64,000 nt of DNA from Pachysolen tannophilus NRRL Y-2460 (lineage: Eukaryota): assembly GCA_001661245.1 (NCBI GenBank), contig KV454012.1, forward strand, positions 278,147-342,146, given 5' to 3'. A program made the translations under genes and the position numbers. Each line of letters opens with the position of its first letter. Position 1 is the first letter of the stretch. The notes beneath the pieces were generated by a model. The model was not told the DNA's origin. It saw only the letters and a list, made by a program, of their open reading frames with translations, and made no database searches. Below, piece after piece: positions 22,020 through 33,597 of this stretch.

Positions 22020-22948
22020 ATGGCAAGATGGTTTGTTATCAATTTGGAAGCTAGGGCGGTTGAGGTGAAGAATTGGATAATGAACACATGAGTGATAGAA
22101 ACTCAATCACCTTCAAGTTTGATGATGGTTGAAATATGACTCCATTAGTTTTAAATTGTTAAGCGCCAACACCAATCATACCTTTTTTTTTATTTTATTT
22201 TTGACAATAATGTTATATTTCTTACAGTTTAAGTGTGAGCGCTATATATAAGAAAGATTTATTTGTCGCTTTACAATTACTTGGGCCATCCAGAGAAATA
22301 TTGATGGTCAATATGTGAGAAGAAAGAAAAAAAGTTGTTTTTCCAATCTTTCTAATACACAAACAAAACTTGGTATCAACCAGCGGTTATGACAATGCAT
22401 TAAATTAACAACACTGATAACACTGATACCAAGATTAATACCTTCAACTTCAAATTCACTAAAGCGCTCTAACATAAACCCATACTCTAGATTTTTGTTC
22501 TTTGTTATAAATTTTAATCTTTTTTAGTAGGTCGTGCTCTCAAAACACAAACCATCCAAATTAAGCGAAATCAGTTCCTGATTAGTTAAAGATTTAGACT
22601 TTAAAGAACAATTCAATTTGTTTTTTTTAGTGTTAAGTTTTAACTTTATATTATAAGACTGGAACTAATTTATTTAATCAAGATTATCTTTTGATGCTGA
22701 TGTTCGATTGTTTATTTTCGATGTTCAATTGTTTTCAATATTCAATTGGCATGTTTTAATACAATGAAGAAATCAAACAAAATGAAAACTTTTGTTCAAA
22801 GGTACAGTGTGGCCATGAGGCCATGAGTCAAAGTGAGGGAAATTAGATATGACAAAGAAAAAAAAAGGGGGGGAGAGAGAGGAAAAAAGGGGAAGACTTT
22901 TTCTTTTTTTTGGATTTTTTCAATCCTTTGAATCTTTGCAATTTTTGG
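22020..22948 (+). ncRNA. Candidate telomerase RNA (TER1/TLC1 homologue); 5' end uncertain
   Basis: Template-like CTCTA-ACATAAACCCATA-CTCTA (22467-22489); P3-like loop 22266-22318; perfect helices 22251-59/22345-53 and 22369-78/22424-33; Sm site AATTTTTGG 22940-22948; no credible ORF. Confidence 0.6.
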
Positions 22949-23014
22949 TAAAACAAGGGATATAAATAAACCTATCTACACCTTTAATAATACATTTTGG
23001 GAAATATAATAGTT

Positions 23015-23140
23015 TACTAACTTGATTTGTTTTGGGGGAACTTTTACATTTCCTTCCTTCCTTTTTTTTTTTTTTTTTTTTAAAATTTTTTTTTTTTTTA
23101 ATTTTTTTTTAATTTTTGGTTTTTCTTTTTTCTTTTGCAG
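23015..23140 (+). other. Intron 3' signals upstream of the MUM2-like ATG
   Basis: Perfect TACTAAC at 23015-23021, AG-free pyrimidine-rich tract, first AG (TTGCAG) at 23139-23140; donor uncertain. Confidence 0.7.
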
Positions 23141-23143
23141 ATC

Positions 23144-23251
23144 ATGAATGATGGTAAGCTAAGTTCTGGTTCAATCGACTCTACTACTTCTACTATAGGC
23201 TCAAAATCAAATTTGTCTCAAATGAATCAACAACAACAACAACAACAACAA

Positions 23252-23283
<32 letters not shown>

Positions 23284-24601
23284 ACATCAACATCAGCAAC
23301 AGCAACAGCAGCAACAACAACAACAGCATCAGCAGGGTTCTGGACCTCCTCCTCCTCCTCCTTCTTCTTTGCAGCAGCAACAAGGCTACTCGCTTTTAGG
23401 TAATGGTTCAAGCTTCTTGTTTAACAATAGTGCATCTACGTTATTGCCTCCGCCGCTGCCATTAAGTTCATCTCAAGTGATAAACACTTCGAATGTCGGT
23501 CCAGGGGTTGCTTCCGCTGCGTCTATGACCTCTGCGGCCTCCGCAGCCTCAGCTGCTTCAGCTGCTTCTTCTGCAGCAGCTGTTGCTCTTTCTCCATCCA
23601 CTACAAGTACGACTTCATTTCCTCAATTTACTTGGAAGAGAGCCAATAGCAGTAGTGTAACGACTCCTTCAGGTACCGCGCGAGAATTATCAAATCAGCA
23701 GCTGCTGCAACAATCACTCTTAAACTCTAGACCTCCATCGTTTAACTCTAATGCTTATGTTGATTCAGGTTATGATCATCTCAATTACAGATTATCACAA
23801 TTATCTGCTACAGCAGGAGGAACTGGTCCTGGTGGTACTGGGGGAACTCCAGGCAACAATTTCAATACCAGTGTTTTTAAAGGCAATTTTGGAGCAGTTG
23901 GTACCACTGGTGTATCAGGAGCAGTGGGTACTGCTACAGGTACTGTTACAAATACAAACACGGGACCAGATCCAGGTACAAGTACACTAGGAAGTGGAGG
24001 TGGCGGAAATAGTATTGGTATTACTAATATGGGTGGTACTCGTACTGGTTCTGATAATATTTCTCCAACTGCAATTACTTGTGCTTCTAGTACTACTGCT
24101 CAAAATACTTTGGAAAACTATCATGGAAATAATAACAATTGTAATCCAAATGCAAATGAAGAAAGATTAAAAATAGAATTAAAGTTAAAAGATGCTGCTA
24201 TAACTTCTTTAGAAAAGGAAATTAAAAGATTACAACTGATTATTCAACAACAGCAGAAAAATAATTTTGATCCACAACAACAACAAGAGATACCAAAAAA
24301 TCATTATGATTTATATGAAAGATTATCCACTGAATTGATCAAGACTACTAAAAAGGCAAAAGAAGATGAATTATATTTAGAAAGCATATTAACTTCAATT
24401 ACCTTAGATCCTTCACAATCAGTTACTTCAAAAGGTCAATTTGACTGTCAAGATTTGGCACATAAAATAATTGTTAAGCTAAAGTTATTAGAACAACAAA
24501 ATGAAGAACTATCAAAGATGTTATCATTTGGTCGTTCTAAACAAAGAGATATAGTTATTCAAATGCTAAAAGAAGAACTAAAAGAGTTGAAGGTAAAGTA
24601 A
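23144..24601 (+). CDS. MUM2: Mum2/WTAP-family subunit of the mRNA m6A methyltransferase complex
   Basis: Low-complexity N-terminus; C-terminal coiled coil DLAHKIIVKLKLLEQQNEELSKMLSFGR; adjacent to UBP14 as in S. cerevisiae. Confidence 0.75.
23228..23333 (+). repeat. CAA/CAG trinucleotide repeat encoding polyglutamine
   Basis: About 35 mostly Gln codons in frame in the MUM2-like ORF. Confidence 0.9.
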
Positions 24602-24854
24602 AAACTAGAACTTCCCAAAAAATACCCCTTTATTGTAATATAACATTTAGAAAATTAGATTAGATTAGATTATATTGGATTAGATTTTAATGTTATTTTT
24701 TTTTTTTTTTTTTTTTTTTTTCATTTCATTTTTGGCCCTTTCTTCGATTCTTATGTTCTCTCCTTCCTTTTTTTTGTATTTTTTTTTATCATCATAGATT
24801 TATTCTTTTGAATTACTTTTATTGTTTTTTATTGTCGAGTCCATTCATATTGAA

Positions 24855-24886
<32 letters not shown>

Positions 24887-25641
24887 NNNNNNNNNNNNNN
24901 NNNNNNNNNNNNNNNNNNNNNNNNNNNNNNNNNNNNNNNNNNNNNNNNNNNNNNNNNNNNNNNNNNNNNNNNNNNNNNNNNNNNNNNNNNNNNNNNNNNN
25001 NNNNNNNNNNNNNNNNNNNNNNNNNNNNNNNNNNNNNNNNNNNNNNNNNNNNNNNNNNNNNNNNNNNNNNNNNNNNNNNNNNNNNNNNNNNNNNNNNNNN
25101 NNNNNNNNNNNNNNNNNNNNNNNNNNNNNNNNNNNNNNNNNNNNNNNNNNNNNNNNNNNNNNNNNNNNNNNNNNNNNNNNNNNNNNNNNNNNNNNNNNNN
25201 NNNNNNNNNNNNNNNAAAAAAAAAAAAAAAAAGAAAAGAAAAAGAAAAAAAATAATCAATTCGCTTTTGTTTCTATATTATCTTGGTACAAATAAATAAA
25301 TTTATTTTAAAAATAGGGAATTTCCAAAAATACTTTTTTTTATATATATAAATTGTGAGAATTCTTTTTGCTAAATAGATTTTACATAATATTTTATTTT
25401 CTCTACAGTGTTAATTAATTGAAATAAATAAATATGAAGTTAGTTTATAAATAGTAGCTTTATAAATAATAATTTTTTTAACCTATTTTAACTCCATAAT
25501 TTTTTTTTTTCAAAAATGAAAATTAAAAATAAAAAAGAATAAAAAGAAAAAAAAAAAAACAACACACACACACAATTAAAAATTCAAAAGATAAATTGAA
25601 ATTCAAGAGTACACATAAGATTTACCCATTTACAAATAATT

Positions 25642-27481
<1,840 letters not shown>

Positions 27482-27563
27482 TTTTAATATGAATATTAGA
27501 TATTAAAGCTAAAATAAAACAAAAATGCTAGATATAAAATGGAGCATATAATGGAATATATGC

Positions 27564-27595
<32 letters not shown>

Positions 27596-27660
27596 TATGA
27601 ATAAATAAATTATATATTTTTTTTCTTCTTTTTAATTAATTTTAATATAATTAAAACGTT

Positions 27661-27667
27661 TGAGTCA
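27661..27667. promoter_or_regulatory. Gcn4-type AP-1 site upstream of ARO3
   Basis: TGAGTCA (ATGACTCA on the minus strand) 180 bp upstream of the ARO3 first exon; ARO3 is an established Gcn4 target in S. cerevisiae. Confidence 0.65.
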
Positions 27668-28161
27668 TTTCATAATACAAAGTGGAAAGTTTCTTCATCA
27701 TTAATATTCATGACATAACTCGACATGATATGACATGACACAGCACGGCACAACAAAGTATAACAAAGTATAACAAAGAAGGACACGACATGTCAAAAAT
27801 GCGACATACTATGACACACAGTGACATACTATGATATGTCACGTCATCAATTTTGAGAAAAAAAAATTTTTGAATTTTTTTTTTTNTTTTTTTTGTCGTC
27901 TCTTTTTATTAATTAAAAGGACAGGTGTGTGTCACTCCAAAGTGACACCGAATTAGGAAATCACATTTTTTTTTATCCCCCTCCTCCATCCCTTCCTTCC
28001 ATGGGCTACAACAAAGGCAAGACAAGACAGGTGAATAGATGGATAAGGTGAAGAGAGTTGCTATTGCGATAAATAGAATAATAAATAGAAATGTGGAATT
28101 CACAGTTTAATATATATGATGAATGAACAGAGCACTTTTTTAATTGTTTTTTAGTGCTCCA

Positions 28162-28211
28162 TTTGCTTTTGCTTTTGCTTTTGCTTTTGCTTTTGCTTTT
28201 GCTTTTGCTTT
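28162..28211 (+). repeat. (TTTTGC)n hexanucleotide microsatellite
   Basis: About eight tandem copies. Confidence 0.9.
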
Positions 28212-28263
28212 GTTTTCAAGTGGGTCTCAGTTAAGTCATTTCTTTTTTTTTTTTTTTTTCAAT

Positions 28264-28530
28264 TTATTTTTTTAAATCTTCCTCATATTTCAATCTTTTC
28301 TCTCTTGCCTCTGGTTTCAATTCTAATGGAGAAAGTTCTTTAAAATGTATTTTGAATGGAACTTTTGTCCTGGTACCATTTTCATCCACTTGAGGTGGCG
28401 TGTATTTAACAAATTGATAATCTCCAAGAAACCATTTAAATCCATAATAATAACCAATTCCACCTCCAATAAGTATTACTAATGCTCTTTTCTTGGTTGT
28501 AACCACTCTTCTAGGAAATCCAAACATCAT
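28264..28530 (-). CDS. Small single-pass membrane protein, probably mitochondrial (copy 1)
   Basis: 88-aa ORF with basic N-terminus and one hydrophobic segment ALVILIGGGIGYYYGF. Confidence 0.65.
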   Translation of the reverse strand: MMFGFPRRVVTTKKRALVILIGGGIGYYYGFKWFLGDYQFVKYTPPQVDENGTRTKVPFKIHFKELSPLELKPEAREKRLKYEEDLKK

Positions 28531-28917
28531 TAAACTATTTCTTTAACAAGTAATTTACCATCATTAAATTTAATATTAATAATACTACTAGTAATAATAT
28601 TATTTATTAAACCATTAAAAAAGACAGATGAAACAAAAAAAAGCGAAAAAAGAAAAATACGGAAAAAAAAATCACGGATTTAAATTATAAAAGAAATAAT
28701 GATAATAAATCCCCTATCTTTTAACGATAGATAATATATATATATATATATTTATATATATAATCAATAGCTTTTATTCGAATTTAACTCAGTGACTGAA
28801 AAAATAAAGAGAATATGTCTGCGCTTCCAAAGAGAATTATCAAAGTATGTATTGACTCAATAATTTAAAAATTTAATAAAATTATAACAAATACTGATTG
28901 ACAAACAATTTTAAATT

Positions 28918-28948
<31 letters not shown>

Positions 28949-29065
28949 NNNNNNNNNNNNNNNNNNNNNNNNNNNNNNNNNNNNNNNNNNNNNNNNNNNN
29001 NNNNNNNNNNNNNNNNNNNNNNNNNNNNNNNNNNNNNNNNNNNNNNNNNNNNNNNNNNNNNCAAT

Positions 29066-29332
29066 TTATTTTTTTAAATCTTCCTCATATTTCAATCTTT
29101 TCTCTCTTGCCTCTGGTTTCAATTCTAATGGAGAAAGTTCTTTAAAATGTATTTTGAATGGAACTTTTGTCCTGGTACCATTTTCATCCACTTGAGGTGG
29201 CGTGTATTTAACAAATTGATAATCTCCAAGAAACCATTTAAATCCATAATAATAACCAATTCCACCTCCAATAAGTATTACTAATGCTCTTTTCTTGGTT
29301 GTAACCACTCTTCTAGGAAATCCAAACATCAT
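29066..29332 (-). CDS. Small single-pass membrane protein (copy 2; probably the same locus assembled twice)
   Basis: Identical to 28264-28530. Confidence 0.55.
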   Translation of the reverse strand: MMFGFPRRVVTTKKRALVILIGGGIGYYYGFKWFLGDYQFVKYTPPQVDENGTRTKVPFKIHFKELSPLELKPEAREKRLKYEEDLKK

Positions 29333-29616
29333 TAAACTATTTCTTTAACAAGTAATTTACCATCATTAAATTTAATATTAATAATACTACTAGTAATAAT
29401 ATTATTTATTAAACCATTAAAAAAGACAGATGAAACAAAAAAAAGCGAAAAAAGAAAAATACGGAAAAAAAAATCACGGATTTAAATTATAAAAGAAATA
29501 ATGATAATAAATCCCCTATCTTTTAACGATAGATAATATATATATATATATATTTATATATATAATCAATAGCTTTTATTCGAATTTAACTCAGTGACTG
29601 AAAAAATAAAGAGAAT

Positions 29617-30175
29617 ATGTCTGCGCTTCCAAAGAGAATTATCAAAGTATGTATTGACTCAATAATTTAAAAATTTAATAAAATTATAACAAATACTGAT
29701 TGACAAACAATTTTAAATTTCTTTTTTNTTTTTTTTTTTTCATTATTAGGAAACAGAAAGATTAGTATCTGATCCAGTTCCAGGTATAACTGCTATACCA
29801 CATGAAGATAATTTAAGATATTTTGATGTAACGATTCAAGGACCTCAATCTTCTCCTTATGAAAATGGTATTTTTAAATTAGAATTATATTTGCCAGATG
29901 ATTATCCAATGGTTGCTCCAAAAGTTAGATTTTTAACTAAAATTTATCATCCAAATATTGACAGATTAGGAAGAATTTGTCTTGATGTGTTAAAGGCAAA
30001 CTGGTCTCCAGCTTTACAAATTAGAACTATATTGTTATCAGTTCAAGCATTATTAGGAGCCCCAAATCCAGATGACCCTTTGGCTAATGAAGTTGCTGAA
30101 GAATGGAAATCAAATGAAGCTAAAGCTATTGAAATAGCGAGAGAATGGACACAAAAATACGCTTCAAGTAGTTAG
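29617..30175 (+). CDS. UBC13: Ubiquitin-conjugating enzyme E2 13; exons 29617-29646 and 29750-30175
   Basis: [16 protein letters not shown]...[17 protein letters not shown]; active-site region [16 protein letters not shown]. Confidence 0.95.
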
Positions 30176-31066
30176 GCAAAAGAATAAAAAAAATAAAAAA
30201 AAAAAAAAAAAATAATATTTTTCATTAGTAGTTGCATTGTAATATTTACACAAAGTTCACATAATGTAAATAAAAATAAGGCTTTTATTTAAAAAGTTCT
30301 TTAAATTTGATTTTGATTTTGATTTCTTGTTTTTTTTTTACTCTTTTCCTGTTTTAAAGTGGCATTTTAAAAGGATCTTAAAAAAATCTGTTAAAGAAAA
30401 AGATTTAAAAAGCAACAACAACAACTGAAATCACTTCTTTTATTCCTATTCTGTTTTTTTTTTTTTTCTTCTTCTTCTTCTTTTTTTTTTTTCCTCCGGT
30501 GTTGATTTTAGTACGACAAGAAACTCACGTAGTCTCTTTTTTATTTTTTATTTTTTCTTTTTGTTTTTATATCCAGTTTTGAAATTAATAAAAATATAGA
30601 TAATTAATTGAAAAGTCAGCATTTAACCTGACTTGTTTTCATCTATCGGTACTATTTACTACTGATAAGAAAAAAAAAAAAATTTTTTTAGAGACGGGGA
30701 TCTTCTCCCAGGTTCCCGGGGCGGATTTCTTATCCTTTTTCCGGTCAATTTACTGCCCAAATTCTCCCTTAAAAGAAAAAAAAAAATCTTAAAAAATAAA
30801 TGTGCACTTGTGTAGTGTGAGCTTGAGTGTGATCCGAAATATAACTTTACTCCAGATTTTATACTTTAACAGTATCATGTTATTTAGAAATCTATCTTAC
30901 AATTATCCTTTTTTTTGTTTTACCTTATTTTTTATTTTTTAATTTTTAATTTTTATTTTTTATTTTTTCTAATGTGATGACTTATATATTTATTGAGAAT
31001 AGCAATTAAATCTATTTATTAGTTGTAATTCTTTATCTTAAATTATTTTAAAAATTAAATTTAAAT

Positions 31067-31720
31067 ATGTTATCAGGTAAAAATCATTCAGATACTTATT
31101 CTACAACGTACATTCATTCACCTAATCTGACTAAGCCATCAACAGCAAATATAGGTAGTAATGCCCATGGTAATGTCCATGGTAATGGTAATGAGATTGG
31201 CTCAACACCAGATTATTTAAAAATAAATTCAAATTTAGAAACAGATGAGAATCGTCCAGAACCAGTAAAGACACCAAGTATTGATGAAATAGTTTTCCAA
31301 AAAAAACCAGCATTATTACAAAGACAAAATACTACTAATTATAAAAAAGAAGTTGAACATCATAGAAAAAATAGTGAATCTAAGCTAAAACCAAAAAATG
31401 ATAATTGCTTTGATCTACAATATCATATCTCTAATCTGGAGAGTTATGTTATTAACAATACAAAGGGTTCTGATGCGAAGACATCTTGTAATTCAGCGCT
31501 GTCAGATGCAGAATTACACGTGCATTCAATGAGAAATTTTGGTGAAAGTTGCAGAGGCTTATTGCCCCACCCACCAAGCTTTAATTCAAAAGAACAAGTA
31601 CAATCACTAGAATCAGAATCACTGTTGGATACAACAGAAAACAAGGATAATTGCGAAGATGTTGATAATATAAACGATATTTCACAATTAAAGAGAAGAC
31701 TTTCATGGTGGAATTCTTGA
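31067..31720 (+). CDS. Hypothetical hydrophilic protein (217 aa)
   Basis: ATG-initiated ORF with LLQRQNTTNY and a C-terminal KRRLS (PKA-type site); family not recognised. Confidence 0.65.
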   Translation: MLSGKNHSDTYSTTYIHSPNLTKPSTANIGSNAHGNVHGNGNEIGSTPDYLKINSNLETDENRPEPVKTPSIDEIVFQKKPALLQRQNTTNYKKEVEHHRKNSESKLKPKNDNCFDLQYHISNLESYVINNTKGSDAKTSCNSALSDAELHVHSMRNFGESCRGLLPHPPSFNSKEQVQSLESESLLDTTENKDNCEDVDNINDISQLKRRLSWWNS

Positions 31721-32517
31721 AGAGAGCCAAAAAAATAGCAACAAGAAAAAAGAAATTTTTATTATGGGGTTAATATCTCTTTTAGCTTTATTTTCTCTTT
31801 TTCTATTTTCTATGTTCTTTCTGACCAAGCTAAATTTGAGAATTGCATTTTGAGCCCATTCAAATCTAAACTAAAATTAACACCGATGCAGATTTATTAT
31901 ATTAGTACTATATTTATTGAAAAAAGCTGTTTTTTTTTTTTNNNNNNNNNNNNNNNNNNNNNNNNNNNNNNNNNNNNNNNNNNNNNNNNNNNNNNNNNNN
32001 NNNNNNNNNNNNNNNNNNNNNNNNNNNNNNNNNNNNNNNNNNNNNNNNNNNNNNNNNNNNNNNNNNNNNNNNNNNNNNNNNNNNNNNNNNNNNNNNNNNN
32101 NNNNNNNNNNNNNNNNNNNNNNNNNNNNNNNNNNNNNNNNNNNNNNNNNNNNNNNNNNNNNNNNNNNNNNNNNNNNNNNNNNNNNNNNNNNNNNNNNNNN
32201 NNNNNNNNNNNNNNNNNNNNNNNNNNNNNNNNNNNNNNGTTGATAATATAAACGATATTTCACAATTAAAGAGAAGACTTTCATGGTGGAATTCTTGAAG
32301 AGAGCCAAAAAATAGCAACAAGGAAAAAAGAAATTTTTATTATGGGGTTAATATCTCTTTTAGCTTTATTTTCTCTTTTTCTATTTTCTATGTTCTTTCT
32401 GACCAAGCTAAATTTGAGAATTGCATTTTGAGCCCATTCAAATCTAAACTAAAATTAACACCGATGCAGATTTATTATATTAGTACTATATTTATTGAAA
32501 AAAGCTGTTTTTTTTTT
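31661..32517. repeat. Near-identical direct duplication of about 280 bp flanking an N gap
   Basis: 31661-31941 recurs at 32239-32517 with a few small indels or substitutions near the gap. Confidence 0.85.
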
Positions 32518-33110
32518 ATTTTTATTTTTTTTTTTCCATATCCATTCTTTCAAGGCGGATGTTCGCTCAAATCCCATGTACGTGAAGGTAAAGGTAAACC
32601 AATTGTAGGAAGCAAGTAAAACAAACAAAACACACTCCATGGAAGATGTTTTCCCTTTTCAACTAAATTTTACTAATTACAAAGATTTGGCTAGAAAATG
32701 CTGATCCACAAAGATCTTGTGTTTTGATTTATCCAAAAATAGAAATGTCGGATTATGTGCTAAGCGAATTTTTAAATAATGAATTAGACGGGGCTAATTT
32801 ACTAAACAAAGCAAAGAACATCAATCGATCGATCGAGTCATGTCAAATCAATCAACGAAAACAATCAATCGTATAAGCGATATTCAAACATAATCTTATC
32901 TATTTTTCAAACTGAACCATATTTACAATGAATCAATTCAATTCAACAAAATTCAATTCAATTCAGATAACGTTTATTCATTTTAAATACTTTGTTTGTT
33001 ATATTTTTATTGGGTTCTATTGCTTTTGTTAAATCTTGGCAGGCAAACTTAATCTCATTTTAGCGAGAAATGTCCGAGCGTTTTCATAACTTTTGGCCCA
33101 TAAACACGGT

Positions 33111-33283
33111 CACGAAAAATTTTTTTTTTTTTCCTCCCAAAAAGACGAAAACATGCTAAAAATGGCTGGCTATTATGCGCTAAAAGTAAGCTTATGTGCG
33201 GCTGTTGATCTAAATCATGCAGTGCATGGTGGATGAAATATTGGGAAAAAAAAAATAAGAAAAAAAAAGAGAGTTGGCTGGTT
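33111..33283. promoter_or_regulatory. Ace2/Swi5-type sites and an SCB upstream of the GH81 glucanase
   Basis: GCTGGCT at 33165, GCTGGTT at 33277, CACGAAA at 33111; DSE4/ENG1 are established Ace2 targets. Confidence 0.5.
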
Positions 33284-33597
33284 TAAAGTGATCATAAACA
33301 AAGCTCCATGATCTCTATGAATGTATAAAAATCCAGTGGTATCCTGAACTAATAGTTTTACCAAACTTTTGCGTTATCGTTCAAATTCTTTTGATCTAAA
33401 TCAAATTTTTTTTTTTTTTTGTTTAATTTTGTTTTTGGTGATCGTTTGGTTATTGTACATTCTTTTTAGGAGTAACTCATAGTCAATCGTTTGTTATTTT
33501 CAATAAATTTAAGAAATTAGTTACAAGTAAACAAAGAAAAGAAATCCTCCCCAAAAAAATAAAGAAAGAAGAGTAAAAAAAAAAAGGATTTGGAAAA

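Larger units (their letters stand above)
28260..29740. repeat. Identical direct duplication of about 680 bp flanking an N gap (offset 802)
   Basis: 28260-28940 equals 29062-29740, including the small ORF and UBC13 exon 1. Confidence 0.9.

Noticed and set aside
22411..22430. ACACTGATA x2 as the telomerase template
   Set aside because: The second copy is sequestered in the 10-bp helix with 22369-78 and it lacks a C-run; 22467-22489 fits better.
22266..22948. RNase P, RNase MRP or spliceosomal snRNA identity for the structured region
   Set aside because: No CR-I (GGGAAATTC/GAAAGTC) after the P3-like loop and no U1 or U2 5' signature.
28260..29740. Tandem duplication of the microprotein gene and UBC13 exon 1
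   Set aside because: Copies are identical, flank an N gap and end at poly-T runs; most likely unmerged contig overlap (read depth or long reads would decide).
31661..32517. Partial duplicate or pseudogene of the 31067-31720 gene 3' end
   Set aside because: Gap-flanking overlap with small errors typical of contig ends.
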